This document shows positions 13,179 through 27,471 of a stretch of 64,000 bases of DNA, one piece after another. Position numbers and translations under genes: made by a program. Location of the stretch: NCBI GenBank assembly GCA_964016885.1, contig OZ024741.1, forward strand, positions 165,230,001 to 165,294,000, read 5' to 3'. A model generated the notes under the pieces. It was not told the DNA's origin. It worked only from the letters and a program-made list of their open reading frames with translations, and ran no database searches. The DNA comes from Eledone cirrhosa. Lineage: Eukaryota. Each line of letters starts with the position of its first letter. The stretch's first letter is position 1.

Positions 13179-14020
13179 CTGTAAAGTACAATAGAAATAA
13201 ATAAATATATATGTGTGGGTGTGGGCGGATGTCTGTGATATTCATAAATACATTTGTATATAAAAACACACAAACACAATGTAAGGATTTCGAAATATGT
13301 AGAAATATATAGAGACAAATAGACAAAATAAGTAAACTAATATATTTTTTTCATCATAACTTTGTTTATCTACCTTATCTTTAGTTAGTATATAAGTAAA
13401 TTGAATTTAATATATATTGATAAACTAGGCTATAATACATACATCTTTTTTTATAAGAATAGTTACACAAATAGTTACTATTTTCCTCTATTCGTATTAA
13501 TACCTACTTAATTGCAAGGGTAAATTGGGCCATGATAGTTGAATCTCTTTTGTTTTGAACTAATTAATTTATCTCATAGCATAATAACCAAATCAGTTAT
13601 ATAAAAAAGCCATACCAATTGTTAAATGTTTTTCCACTCACATAAGACCAATTTAAATTATACATAAGCATAGAAAATTTACCTTTAAATTTTGTAATCC
13701 TAATATTTCTTCTTTATTATTTAATTTCAATATTATTCTTACATCCTGAAATATTTTTCTTTGGTATAATATATATGTTAGTATCGTATCTATTTTAAGC
13801 TAATATAAGTAACATATAAACTGTCTAATGGTCAATATTTATTTTGACCAATCTTATGTCATATTTTAAATTTCAAAAACGTTAAGTCCAACTGTTTTTT
13901 CTCTCACTCACATAGCATCTACTGTGTTGGGTTTTTTTCTAATCATATGCTTGGTTGTCACCAATCTGTCCAGCTTGTTTGACTGCTAATATATCAAAAG
14001 AAACCTACATCTCCTATGCA

Positions 14021-14093
14021 TTTTATCTGACGAGAACAAGTTTTGGATTATGTCATACATAAGCCTTGCATCTTCGAAATATATATAATAAAA
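14021..14093 (+). ncRNA. Type I hammerhead ribozyme, complete core
   Basis: UUUUAU-CUGACGA-GAA...UUC-GAAA-UAUAUA-UA^-AUAAAA; 6-bp stem I, extended stem II; AATAAA follows and then (TA)n. Confidence 0.72.
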
Positions 14094-14134
14094 TAAATTG
14101 AGATGATCTAAAGTGACTATCTTTTGTTTATTAT

Positions 14135-14236
<102 letters not shown>

Positions 14237-14237
14237 C

Positions 14238-14268
<31 letters not shown>

Positions 14269-14271
14269 TAC

Positions 14272-14306
<35 letters not shown>

Positions 14307-14344
14307 CTTATATATATATATACTTATATATATATATATATATA

Positions 14345-14797
14345 TGGTGGCTGCCAACTCGTTTTCGAGTACGGCCACTACTTTATATCCATGTAGGAGA
14401 ACCCCTACCGATGCGCTGAACGAGTGTGACTTTTTAGTCCAGCCAGCGACTTGAAAACTCTGGCACAAACACTACACTTGTGACAATTATTGACACATAG
14501 TGTACATGGTACCATGTGACGACAAGTGCAGAGAGATCTCCAGATATAAAGCAATGCCTGTGCCGTGAAGCTTTTATAGTGAGCAAAGGCACTGCACAAA
14601 GCCAGTCCCACTCTCTTAACCAAGATGATATTTACCAAAAAGAAGAACAAGTCAACATCATTGGATACCATCAGGGTTGCAGGTGTTATATCAGAGCTTT
14701 CCTTCTCCTAGAATTCTGCCTTGACAAAGGCTAAGGGGTCATCTCTCCCGGTGATTTTGGATGGCCATCAAAGGGCAGAGGAGCTCTTAAGAGTCAA
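14345..14797 (-). mobile_element. 3' fragment of a different LINE (RTE/BovB-like) with a C-terminal C2H2 finger
   Basis: Minus ORF ends [22 protein letters not shown], the CxxC...GLxSHxR terminus typical of BovB-like RTE ORFs; embedded in (TA)n. Confidence 0.65.
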
Positions 14798-14807
14798 TGG
14801 CCATCCA

Positions 14808-14856
<49 letters not shown>

Positions 14857-14943
14857 AATATATATACATATATATATATATATACATATATATATACATA
14901 TATACATATATATATACATACACATATATATATACATACACAT

Positions 14944-15517
14944 TCATCATCACCGTTTTACGTCCGTTCTTCCACGCTAGCATGGGTTAGACGGGTTGTC
15001 CTGTTGTGGGCAGTGTCTGGTCGGCTGACCATGCCTTGCTCATACAGGAACTGATCTGGCTTGATTTCTACAGCTGGATGCCCTTCCTAACACCAACCTC
15101 ATTTACAGTGAGTGCTGGGTGCTTTTTCGTGGCGCCTACACGTCCACTTTACAGTGTGGGCTGGGTGCTTTTTTGCCGTGGCACCTCCACGACCACCTTG
15201 CGGTGGGGGAGGGGGGGCATATTGTTTATATGCTTCAGCATGTACCCATGGGAGGTCGGGTACCCTGTATTACTGCGTGACGCCAGAGGTCACGGTCGTG
15301 TGTCATTGACTTTGAGAGGTGTAGTTGGGTAAGGTCGGCTTTTATCACCTCATCCCAAGTCATCTTGGGTCTCCCCACTCCGCGGTTTCCATCAACTTCT
15401 AGTGCTCTGCACCTTTTTATGCAGCTGTCATCCTTCATACGCATCACATGTCCATACCAGCGTAACCGCCTCTCCTGCACGCAGTATTTGATTCCTCTTA
15501 TGCTCAGTCTCTCTCTC

Positions 15518-15520
<3 letters not shown>
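14944..15520 (-). mobile_element. RTE LINE 3' fragment (third subfamily, C)
   Basis: ORF 15235-15519 [12 protein letters not shown]...GRPKMTW; related 3'UTR and GAT tail; (TA)n on both sides. Confidence 0.9.
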
Positions 15521-15556
<36 letters not shown>

Positions 15557-15563
15557 CATGTAT

Positions 15564-15632
<69 letters not shown>

Positions 15633-15651
15633 TATACATATATACATATAC

Positions 15652-15683
<32 letters not shown>

Positions 15684-16216
15684 ATATATACATATATATA
15701 ACGGTTGCAACGTTTTTTGAAATATCCACTCCTGCGTTTACAGATTGACTTTGTTAGTTTCAGAAGATCCCGTTAAGGGTGAAAGCAGCGATTCTTTGCT
15801 TAAACTTTAATCTGTTATTTTAATAAATATATATATTTATATGAAAACAAATTGTTTTCACTCCTAACATAGTGAATAACAATAATATAATAATATCATA
15901 ATACAAATATTCGGTGTGTTTACAAGTAAACAATCTCATAAAACACCACATGGTAGATGAACAACTTCATCCTTTTGCTCCTAATCAAGATTGCATATTC
16001 TCCTGTCTGCTACTCACTGGAACTGCTGAGAATACATAGTATTCTCAAATGTATACATCAGTTGATTAGCCTCATTTCCATACCAACCGATTTTACAGCC
16101 GGCTTTGTCGAAAACTAAAAACGAAATTTGTTTTCGCTCTTAACTTGGTAGATATCTAAATGTATTCGTGAGTGAAATTATAATAATATCATAACATTAT
16201 TAATATTCGGTTTAAA

Positions 16217-16398
16217 GGGCGGTGGATTGGCAGTATCGGACGCCATGCTTTGACGCATAGAGTTACGGCCCTTGCCATTCTGAGTTCAAATCCCGCCGAG
16301 GTTAACTTTGCCTTTCATCCTTACGGGGGGTGGATAAAATAAAGTACCAGTAATGCACTGGGATAATTGCTGGCCTTGTGTCAAAAGTAGAAACACTT
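16217..16398 (+). mobile_element. SINE family 1 copy inside a small inverted-repeat element (about 16115-16475)
   Basis: TSD TTATTAATATT(C/T)GGTTTA at 16197 and 16397; flanks 16115-16165 and 16425-16475 are inverted. Confidence 0.85.
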
Positions 16399-16530
16399 AT
16401 TAATATTTGGTTTATTTACAAGTAAACATTACATATCCACCATGTTAAGAGCGGAAACAAATTTCGTTTTTAGGCTTTCAAAATATTTATTTATTAAATA
16501 TACCATATATCTTTATTTATATATATATAT

Positions 16531-17497
16531 AGGAGCTAGAGAATAAATTCCGGCTATGGAAACAGCAGTTGGAAGCAAGAGGACTGAGAGTAAATCTAGC
16601 TAAGACAAAAGTGTTGATGAGTAGAAAAGAGGACAAAACCCTGATTCCGTCAGGGAAATGGCCATGTTCGATATGCAGAAAAGGAACTGGCATAAATTCT
16701 ATAAAATGCACACAATGCAGGTCCTGGGTACACAAGAGATGTAGCGGGATAGCAGGCAAACTAACAGGTAGGGAGAAATATGTATGCAGTAGATGTACAG
16801 GGAAATTAGACAGTAGAAGTCGCACTGATAGACACATTTTTCAAATGCGAGAGGGCGCTATAGAAGTGGTGGATAGCTTCCGGTACCTAGGAGATCAGAT
16901 TAGCATGGGAGGAGGGTGTTCCAAGGCCATAGTATCTAGAATAAGGACGGGTTGGAAGAAGTTTAGGGAGCTGCTTCCTCTGTTGACGAAGAAGGGTTTC
17001 TCCCTGCGTACGAAAGGCCGGTTGTATGATGCCTGTGTGAGGAGCGCGATGCTGCATGGTAGTGAGACATGGGCAGCAACCGCAGAGGATATGCGACGGC
17101 TGGAGAGAAATGAGGCAAGCATGCTCCGTTGGATGTGCAGTGTAAATGTGCGTGAACGACCCAGCATAAATGTGTTGAGAGAGAAACTGTGTCTGAGAGG
17201 GATAGAATGTAGTATACAGGAGAGGAGACTGAGGTGGTATGGACATGTGATGCGCATGGAGGATGACCGATGGGTGAAGAAGTGCCAGGAAATGCCAGTT
17301 GAAGGAAGACGTGGTAGAGGTAGACCACGAAGAACATGGGCGGAGGTGGTGAGAACAGACCTCAGATCATTGAAGCTCACGGTGGAGATGACGAGGGACC
17401 GTGACGAGTGGAGAGATGCTGTGCTGAATAAGACCCGTCCCACCCTTGCAAGCAGGGAAAAGCGGACGTAAAATGATGATGATGATGATGATGATGA
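16531..17497 (+). mobile_element. RTE LINE family B, 5'-truncated, very short 3'UTR
   Basis: ORF 16569-17471 carries the C4HC3 finger, YLG, HGSETW and RRLRWYGH; the stop codon overlaps the terminal stem-loop, then (GAT)n; starts in (TA)n. Confidence 0.93.
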
Positions 17498-18038
17498 TAA
17501 AGTTGTAGTTCCTGTATGTTTGTTTGTTTGTTCACGAACTCCTCCTATGGTTTTGGAGATAGACCCCCATAACCATATATATTCTGAAACTACATTGCCC
17601 AGGGTACTTGGATAAGTATATTTCATTTTAATCAAAGGGTTCCTCGGGGACACAAACCACTGCTGAACATTTTTTCCCTTCGATTTATATGAAATTTAAA
17701 CCATAGGTAAATGACAAGATATGATGCCTATTCACAACATTTCAATAACATTAAGACACCCTAATGGGGGTTAAACGCCCTATAGTGAAAGTTTTGGAAG
17801 CCCATAACTTGAGTATTGGAACCTCTATTATCATGGGTTTTTTCTATTAATTAAACGTAAACCAACAAAAAAAGCACCTCTCTTTTATCATAAAATTTGG
17901 CTAATTTAGATATTTTATCTATGGCAAAACATCACTAGAATTATTATCATTTTCTTACAAAAAAAATGTGTGAAACGTAGCAAGGCGCGTATATATATAT
18001 ACACACACACTTCTCTAAGACATATATATATATATATA

Positions 18039-18473
18039 CCTCTCTAAGAAAATGTCACTGGATCAAGACCTAAGGCGCTACGCAGTAATATAGAAGACCC
18101 GCTTTCCTTATGTACAAATTCAAACCTACAGTCAGTAGGCACCTCTTAACCCAATATATACCCCAACCCACTACCCCACTCCATCCTCCCACTTCCACTC
18201 ACATCACCCTTTCTCTGTAAAGTTATGTTGGTACCACAGAACATCCAGTCCACACTGTAAAGTGGTCGTGTAGGAGACATGATAAAAATGCTCCCAGTCA
18301 ACGCTGTAAATGTGATTGGTGTTAGGAAAGGCATCCGGCCATAGAAAACCTGCCAGATACAGTCCGATACGAGCAAGGTACAGTCACCCAATCAATCTTG
18401 CCTCAAATGGGACAATTCCCGTCTAACCCCTGCTTGGGGGGGAAGATAGATGTTAAACGATGATGATGATGAT
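18039..18473 (+). mobile_element. RTE LINE family A-like 3' end fragment
   Basis: Matches the ORF end and 3'UTR of family A; GAT tail. Similar UTR-only fragments lie at 34480-34850 (-), 55465-55728 (+), 18890-19190 (-), 9686-9930 (-), 48405-48565 (-) and 50685-50851 (+). Confidence 0.8.
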
Positions 18474-19381
18474 ATATATATATACACACACGCACACATC
18501 ATCACTTAATGTCTGTGTCAACGAAAGGCAGGTCAGGCAGTTTGGTATGAAAAGGGTTAAATTATCTAAATTTTCAATCATCTTCACTAGTTTGATGTTT
18601 AGATTAATGAAACATTAGTATGGATTTCAAAATAATTTCATTAATGAAACAAAATTATGGTGAAAGCTCTTTAGAAAAATATAATATAAACACTTTAAAA
18701 CAATCAGATTGTATCAAAAAACAAGGAGCCCTTTCAGACAGTTTTATATCATAAGGGTTAACATTCAGCATGTTTTTGTTGACTGAATTATCATCTTACT
18801 ACTTGAGATTGTTTGCAAGGTGACTGTTAGCTCTTTTGATACCATCACACTTGAAACCAGCCCTGCTTTTATAATATACATGAAAGTGTCATCATCATCA
18901 TCATCATTGTTAAACGTCCATTTTCCACACTAGCATGGCTAGGACAGGTTGACTCTTTGAAAGAGAATCAGGTTAGAGGACCATGTTTCGCTCACCTGGG
19001 ATTGATTTGGGCTTGGTTTCTACAGCTGGATACCCTTCCTAACACCAACCACATGTACAGTGTGGGCTGGGTGCTTTTTTTTTTGTGTCACCGACATGAC
19101 CACATTACAGTGTGGACTTGGTGCTTTTGTCCTGACACATACATAACCACTATACAGTGAGAGCTGGGCATTTTTGTCATAGTTCCAGGGGGGGGGGGGG
19201 GACACTTCCTGTATTAAAAACTTCCATCATAACCTTTTAAATGAAGATTTTGTTAAATGATATTTCAAATAGCAGTTTATTCATGAAGATGTTAGTTATT
19301 TGATTATTAAAATTCTCCAAAATGTTGTTATTGTTTTGAAAACTATTTTAAACATATACACAGTGTATTTCATTATTACTA

Positions 19382-22300
19382 CTAGCAGAAGAACCGCCCT
19401 TCGAGCGGTTTTCTACTAGCATATGTAGTGTGTATATTGATATACGCAAATATATATGCACATAGATATAATACGTAAATTGACAATATGCACATAAACT
19501 GAACAAAGACTGTGTTACACTTACTTCTGTAATCAGTAAAGTAATCCATGATACATTTTAAAAAAAGGCGATAATGGAGATGGAAAAGCGATGAAACGGT
19601 TGATGGAAAATGTTCATGAATCTTCACTTGAGAATGTCGATGGGAAGCTTCAAGCAGTGAATTTATGCTGCTGGTATGAATGAATGAATTACATTTACCA
19701 ATATGAAGAGTTGACCTTCGCTATATTGTTGTTTTACTGAATTCACATATAGACTTCTTAAGTTTTTGTAGTGTCCCTTTTCTAACAGTTAAAAAGTAAC
19801 TGAAATGCATTTCAACTAAAAGAGTGATAGCTGTTTCACATCACTGTAGAATTTCTTTGTAGACACAGTTGTCAGCAAACAAACTCCTTTCATTTAATAT
19901 TTCTATATTTTCTTTTTTTGTAACTCGTGATAATGAAACATACATCTGACCATGTGAGAAGAATTGTGTTGGTAGATATACACCTATCTTTTCAAATGTC
20001 TGCCCTTGTGCATTGTTGCATGTAAGGGCAAAGGCTGGTTTGACAGGAAATTGCTTGCGAGTAAAGGTGAAAGGGAACTCAAGCTCTTGAGATACATGTG
20101 GTATCCTTGGGTTAGCAACCTTGTTCCAGCATTGGGACCCAATGCCACTTCAGCTTCAATTACATGATTATGTAAATTGATGATGGTGTAGCATGTACCA
20201 TTGCAATGCCCGTTTAGAGGATCCAGATTTCTGAGAAGCATGATGCAACTGCCTTTCTTCAGTTTAAGTATGTGTGTTGGGAAGCCTGATGGGGGTAAGT
20301 TTGTTGATGAACTCAATTGGATATTGCAGTTCATTAAACAATTATCTACTGTATCAGAGCTTCTGTAGATTATTTCATGACCAGGGAACTTGTTGACCAT
20401 AAACTCATTCACCAATCTTGCTGCATCAGTTGTTGCAGTGATAATGGCTCTATTTGCAAGCCATAGTGGGTTTGTTTAGTTTCCTGGAAGATTTGTATAC
20501 ACAAAATCACACAGTCCAGACACATTACCATATTTCAGACAAAGTTCATTTGGCAGAAGAATTGTGAATGGACCTTCAGTTGGAACAGTTGGAATGTAAC
20601 CATTGCCCACACCTAGAAGATAGTTTGCAAACTGTCTTTCATCAGAGTCCTCTGCATTAATTAACCGTTGATTGGTTGTCATCTCCATGGTTTCCACATA
20701 GTCCCAGAGATAGGATCTCTTGATGGTTGCCTCAACTATTTGTGGTCTAGCACCATGACGTACAACAGGAAGAATTTGCTTCCAGTCAACAGAAAGTAAT
20801 ACTGTTAGACCACCAAATGGCTTTTTGCAATCTCAAACATCTTTGAAGCTCCTGTCAAGGCATTCAAAGATATGCTTAGGTCTCGTAGTTATCTCATCAA
20901 TGATTAGCAGGTCAGCTTGCTGCATAAGTTTACCTGTGTCATCCCTCTTTATGAAGAAGCAAGTTGATTCAGCAGTCACATTGAGAGGAATCTTGCACTT
21001 GGAATGAAGAGTTCTACCTTTGTGAAGCAAAGTGGCTGCTATTCCAGATTGGGCAGTGGCAAGTGCAAATTTTTTTTTAGATCAGAGGTAATCCAATAGG
21101 ATGTTTATGACATTGGTCTTTCCTGTACCGGCACTTGCATTCAAGCAGAAAATTATGCCTTTATTTTCATTTACAGAGGTGATTACTTCGTGAAAAATAA
21201 CCAGTTGCTCAGGATTCAGTGTTCGCAGAAGTTCATTTATTTTTGCTTGCAGTTGGTGTGTATTGAAATCAGTTTCTGCCATAAAAACCCTGTTGATTTC
21301 TGGTATGGCAACAATAGTTGGGTCTGGCCAAGGAAGTCCATAGTTGGCATGAATGTCCAAGCCATCATGTTGAAGTCTTTGTTGGATCTTCTGTAGAACA
21401 ATCTTCACGGTTTGCATGGACATTACTTGCTCATGATGTTCATGCATGATATCCTCTGCAAGACAATTCTTCCATTTCTCCCAGAACTGCAGAGGGTCAT
21501 TTGGCAGCTGTACAATAAAATGGTGCAGCAGATCTCTCGCAGCTGAGGACCAAGCATAATGGATGAGGCCTCTTCCATAGCTTTGTCTTTTTCTCCATCT
21601 TCATCTAAAAGACCAAGTTTCCTGCATGCTTCTTGGAATGTTGGAAATTCAACTCCTTCAATTGTCCTCAAATCTTTGTATGAAGTTGACCCATTCTTGT
21701 GATGTAGGATAATCCTGAGGTAATATAATTCAGATTGATGTCTACTGAGAGATACTGTTGGAATGTGTCCAAGAGAGTCACTCATACATTTTTGATCACC
21801 GTCCAGATGTCCCTTTTTTCTTCTTTGCCACTTTTTGTTTGTCCAAGTGAAATATTTAGGAATATCAATATACAATATGTTTTGTGACAGTGGATCTCTA
21901 ATATTCAGTTGAAAATATTCCGTCAACTTAGTCATTGGCTGTCCCCTAGAAACAATACTTTCTTCCTGCCCTCACTCATACACGACCATTTGTTTCCCAG
22001 GTAAATGGCGGTTTTCGAAGACGTAATGGAAATTTATAGATTCTCCAGAATGCTTCACTGGTTGAGATGTACCATGCATTGATATAGATCTCAATCTCAT
22101 TTTGGGCATGGACACAATTTCCTTGATCATCCTTAATAGTGAAAGTGATCTTGTCTGATCCTTTTGTGATGTACTTATATAAGTACTTAATAGCCTTGAC
22201 ACTGGACAACCTCACAATTGATGTGGCACTGATATCTCAATGAGAGGAAAGAGTTGTATGAAACAATCCAACGATTATCAACAGTAAATTCTTGACCTTT

Positions 22301-22990
22301 AAGTTGGATTGTATGGATGTGACCACCGTGCTGTCTATCCCTTCTTCCATACTCCGGAAAGGAATTTTTGGCAACAAATGTGGTTTGTCTGAATGCCTTG
22401 GGATAACTTTTTGAGCAATGGCGTTGTTGTCCTAACCCTTCCATACATGAGCACATCATATTAGCTTGTCCACATGGGCCATGAATGTTGCAGGATGTGA
22501 TGATCTTATGCAGAATTGGATTGGTCTCTTTATCAGAAATCTCACAGTACACTACCTGATCAATGGCATCAGCAGTTTTGGGCTTGCTATCTTCAGCCAT
22601 TATCAGCAGAATATGAGCATGAGTGAGGCCTCATTTTCTGCCACTCTATTGTAGCAGAATGAGCCACAACTTTTCCTAGGACATTTTTTTTCAGTATGTC
22701 ATCCATGGGGCTATCATATTTGATCTTGAAGACTCTTGCACAAATATTAGGACGGTCTCTAGGTTCTTCACCAGGGTGCAAACTATTTTTTTTTTCCCCC
22801 CCAGTTAGGGTTAGTTGTTACCATGATGAAATAAGATGGCTTTCCCATGTTTCGAACCACAGTCATCGAATTCTGAAAGCACTCACTGTAGAAACGAGGG
22901 GAACCATAGATTGAAGGAGGAAGAACAATTCTCCAGCCTGCACTTGTTTCAGACGTTAGACTGTGCCCATGCTGGGGTAACACGATTAAA
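19382..22990 (-). mobile_element. Decayed autonomous Helitron (Rep/PIF1 helicase pseudogene) with intact 3' end
   Basis: Fragments with IEWQK (HUH region), KYLYKYITKG (Y2), NASAGTGKT (Walker A), LIIDE, IMLLRNLD..NGHCNGT and HGQ.YVSLSRV; 3' hairpin AACCGC/GCGGTT followed by CTAG|T at 19382-19385. Confidence 0.93.
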
Positions 22991-23440
22991 GGATTTTCTT
23001 GACCTCAATATATTTTAAAATCTAGTACTTATTTTATTGATGTCTTCTATTCTCTTTGAAACGTGTGTGTGTCTATGTGTTCATATGTATGATGGTACCC
23101 TAGCGCTTGCGACGAGGATTCTTCCAGCTAGGTTTCTCAAATGGAATTGCCTGAAATTAAGGTGAGAGTGTCTGAGCATTCCATAGACACGTATAACGGA
23201 GGGTTTCAGGGTGGGACTACATTGGTTCTTCGACTTACTGGCAGAGTACACTTTTTTTTACTTCAGTGGAGAGAAGAAAGGTGAAATAAAGTGTCTTGCT
23301 CAAGAACACAACGCACTGATGGGATTCAAACACTCAACATTACAATCACGAGACACACACACGGACATAAACACACACACACATATGCATACACACACAC
23401 ACAAGCAAACAGATACACACACACATATACACATAAACAT

Positions 23441-24727
23441 AAACTATACTTAGCCTTTGTTGACCTAGAGAAGGCCTTTGATAGGGTACCCCGATCTATC
23501 ATCTGGTGGTCCCTAAGGAAACTAGGTGTTGAGGAATGGCTTGTGAGGACGGTGCAAACTTTGTATGGAGGTACTGACAGTAAAGTCAGAGTAGGAATGG
23601 AGTTTAGTGAGGAATTCCAGGTACAAGTAGGAGTACATCAAGGTTCAGTTCTCAGCCCACTCTTGTTTATTATAGTCCTCCAAGCCATAACAGAGGAGTT
23701 TAAGACTGGCTGTCCATGAGAACTTCTCTATGCTGATGATCTGGTTCTTATAGCAGAATCAGTAGAGGAGCTAGAGAATAAATTCTCTCTATGGAAACAG
23801 CAGTTGGAAGCAAGAGGACTGAGAGTGAACCTAGCTAAGACAAAAGTGTTGATGAGTAGAAAAGAGGACAAAACTCTGATTCCGTCAGGTAAATGGCCAT
23901 GTTCGATATGCAGAAAAGGAACTGGCATAAATTCTATAAAATGCACACAATGCAGATCCTGGGTACACAAGAGATGTAGCGGGATAGCAAGCAAACTAAC
24001 AGGTAGGGAGAAATATGTATGCAGTAGATGTATAGGGAAATTAGACAGTAGAAGTCGCATTGATAGACACATTTTTCAAATGCAGGCGGGTGCTATAGAA
24101 GTGGTGGATAGCTTCCAGTACCTAGGAGATCAGATTAGTATGGGAGGGGGGTTTTCCGAGGCCGTAGTATCCAGAATAAGGACGGGTTGGAAGAAGTTTA
24201 GGGAGCTGCTTCCTCTGCTGACGAAGAAGGGTTTACGAAAGGCCGGTTATATGATGCCTGTGTGAGGAGCGTAATGCTGCATGGTAGTGAGACATGGGCA
24301 GCAACTGCAGAAGATATGCAACGGCTGGAGAAAAATGAGGCAAGCATGCTCCGTTGGATGTGCAATGTAAATGTGCATGAACGACCCAGCATGAATGTGT
24401 TGAGAGAGAAACTGTGTCTGAGAGGGATAGAATGTAGTGTACGGGAGAGGAGACTGAGGTGGTATGGACATGTGATGCGCATGGAAGATGACCGATGGGT
24501 GAAGAAGTGCCAGGAAATGCCAGTTGAAGGAAGACGTGGTAGAGGTAGACCACGAAAAACATCGGTGGAGGTGGTGAGAACAGACCTCAGATCGCTGAAG
24601 CTCACGGTGGAGATGACGAAGGACCGTGACGAGTGGAGAGATGCTGTGCTGAATAAGACCCGTCCCACCCTTGCGAGCAGGGAAGAGCAGACGTAAAATG
24701 ATGATGATGATGAATGATGATGATGAT
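23441..24727 (+). mobile_element. RTE LINE family B, 5'-truncated, disrupted
   Basis: LYLAFVDLEKAFD through YADD to the thumb region; near-identical to 16531-17497; in-frame stop at 23717-23719 and a small deletion near 24234. Confidence 0.93.
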
Positions 24728-25408
24728 AAACACTTATACACACACATAAACACACCACACATATATATATATATATATATATATACACGTTGCTCCAGTT
24801 TACTCAGCTGTAGAAATGAGATGATAGGGACTGGGGTCCCTATCATTCCACTGCAAAGTGGTCGTGGAGGTGCCACGGCAAAAAAGCACCCAGCACTCAC
24901 TGTAAATGAGGTTGGTGTTAGGAAGGGCATCCGGCTGTAGAAATCTAGCCAGAATCAGTTCCCGTCCCACCCTTGCAAGCAGGGAAAAGCGGACGTAAAA
25001 TGATGATGATGATACCTGTGTGAGTGAGTCTATGTATTTATGCAATGATAAAAAGAATATACACCTGTGGATTGAATCATTGGTACTGTAGCAAATTATC
25101 CTTTCCTTATTTCCACATCTTCACATACATACACACAGCCACATATACAGATAACCACACTATTGTCTATCTTTCTATCTACCTACCTATATATCTATGT
25201 ATCGATCTATCGACCTATCTATCTACCTGCCAACCTACCTGTCTATCTACCTCTCTCTCACACACACAAATATATCTATTCTAGAGAGTGTGTCTGTTAG
25301 ATATATAATTGCATTTCAAGAATTACAAAGAATTTGCAAGTTACTTCATCCGGGGAGGATTAATAATAGCTTCACTAACCTCGGAAGACGATTTGGGTGC
25401 AGTATGTA

Positions 25409-25453
<45 letters not shown>

Positions 25454-25789
25454 TCGCACATGCGAAGTACAGACCGACCTTCGCGCATGTGCAGTACGGA
25501 CCGGCTTTCACACATGCGCAGTACTGACCAACTTGCACGCATGCGCACTTCGGACCAGACTTCGCCTATATATATATCTATGTATGAATAGATATATGTG
25601 TGTGTGTCCGTTATAATAATTAATGAATATTACATAATTCATCTCCTAAATTTCGTGGCTGTTCATTAAATATGTTTTATTACTTATTTAAAAACTCACT
25701 TCTTTAAAATGTTCAAATGTCAACACTTCCGGTTAGCGATCGTTTAAATAAATATTCATATATTTCTGTCACTAATTTTCTCCTAATGC

Positions 25790-26180
25790 AGTTTATATAT
25801 AATATCGTCTTTTTTTAATGTATAATGGATGATGTTACTGATGACATAAGACAGTGTAACACAGTCTTCGTTCCATTTTTGTGTATATTGTCAATTACGA
25901 TTTTATTTGATCATATCTACATGCATATATACGTATGTAAAATATCAATAAACACACTACACATGCTAACAGATATATAATATCGTCTTTTTTTAATGTA
26001 TCATGGATTTTGTTACTGATTACAGAAGACAGTGTAACACAGTATTCGTTCAATTTCTGTGTATATTGTCAATTATGATTTTATTTGATCATATCTACAT
26101 GCATATATACTTGCAAATAATATCAATATACACACTACACAAGCTTGCAGAAAACCACCTGAAGCGTGATTTTCTGCTAG
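25790..26180 (+). mobile_element. Helitron-derived 3' end with an internal tandem duplication of about 180 bp
   Basis: Reverse-complement similarity to 19382-19570; ends with a hairpin and CTAG|T; segment 25797-25975 is repeated at 25976-26150. Confidence 0.8.
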
Positions 26181-26718
26181 TTATATTAAATGAGTTAAAA
26201 AAAAAAGAGTTAATAAATAAATAAATAAAGAGTTAATAAATAAATAAAACGTTATACTTGTTTTACCCTCCCTTTCGAATTAAACCGAACGCTCTCATGA
26301 CTGTATGCGTGTGTTTGTGTAAATGTATATGTGTGAATGTATGTATGTTTGTGTGAAAGTATGTGTGAATGTATGTATGTTTATATGAATGTATGTGTAT
26401 TTGTGTGAATTATGTCCGTGAGTGTGTATTTTTATAAGTTTGTGTTTGCGCCATTATAGTTATATACTCATACATATAGATGTATGTATGTGCACACTCA
26501 TACGCATCAGTGTGTAGAAAATCATAATCTCTCTATCTCTCTCATCACACACTCTCTCTTTCTATATATATGGTAGTTGAAGTGGTGGTGGTGACGACGA
26601 TATACCGGAAGTGCAACTTTGAAAAGAAGTCAATTTTAGATTATTTATTTTTACGAAATTATTTGTTTACGAAATTTAGCACATAAATTATGTAATATTC
26701 ATTCATTATTTATTCAAA

Positions 26719-27105
26719 GTGGTGGTGGATTGGCAGTATCGGTAGAGGGTCGGACGCCATGCTTTGACGTATAGAGTCACGGCCCTTGCCATTCCGAGTT
26801 CAAATCCCGCCAAGGTTAACTTTGCCTTTCATCCTTACGGGGTCGATAAAATAAAGTACCAGTAATGCACTGGTTAATTGCTGGCCTAGTGCCTAACGTA
26901 GAAACAATTATTTATTCAAGTGGATTGGCAGTATCGATAGAGGGTCGGACACCATGCTTTGCAGCAAAGAGTTACGACCCTTTATGGTCTGAGTTCAAAT
27001 CCTGCCGAGGTTAACTTTGCCTCTCATCCTTATGGGGTCGATAAAATAAAGTACCAGTAATACACTGGGATAATTGCTGGCCTTGTGCCAAAAGTAAAAA
27101 CAATT
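26719..27105 (+). mobile_element. Two tandem SINE family 1 copies
   Basis: Units 26719-26908 and 26919-27105, separated and flanked by ATTATTTATTCAA. Confidence 0.88.
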
Positions 27106-27471
27106 ATTTATTCAAAGTAATCCAACTTATTTTACTAACTGGATTAAAATAAATAAAGCGTATGCAGTCCCGCAGCCCTTGCTTTGTTATAGTTTAGATA
27201 GTAACAAAAGAGTTAATAGATGCTGAAGTCTGGCATGAAGTGTCTACAGTATGTGTGAATAATGGATGTGAGTAGAAAGTTAAAGAGAATGTAATGGTTA
27301 GTAACATCTGCAGAGGAGTGAAGGTAGTTTGAATTGTCAGTGAGATAGTAAGATCATTAACCCTTTTGATATCAAACCACCTGAAACTGGCCCCCGTTTG
27401 ATGATTAAAAAAAAAGCTTCTCATTTTAAAGTGTTCATATTTGTATTAAAACCTTCAATTATAATTTTATT

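Noticed and set aside
19984-21447. Host PIF1 helicase gene
   Set aside because: Intronless, frameshifted, adjacent to Rep motifs and ending in a Helitron hairpin-CTAG terminus.
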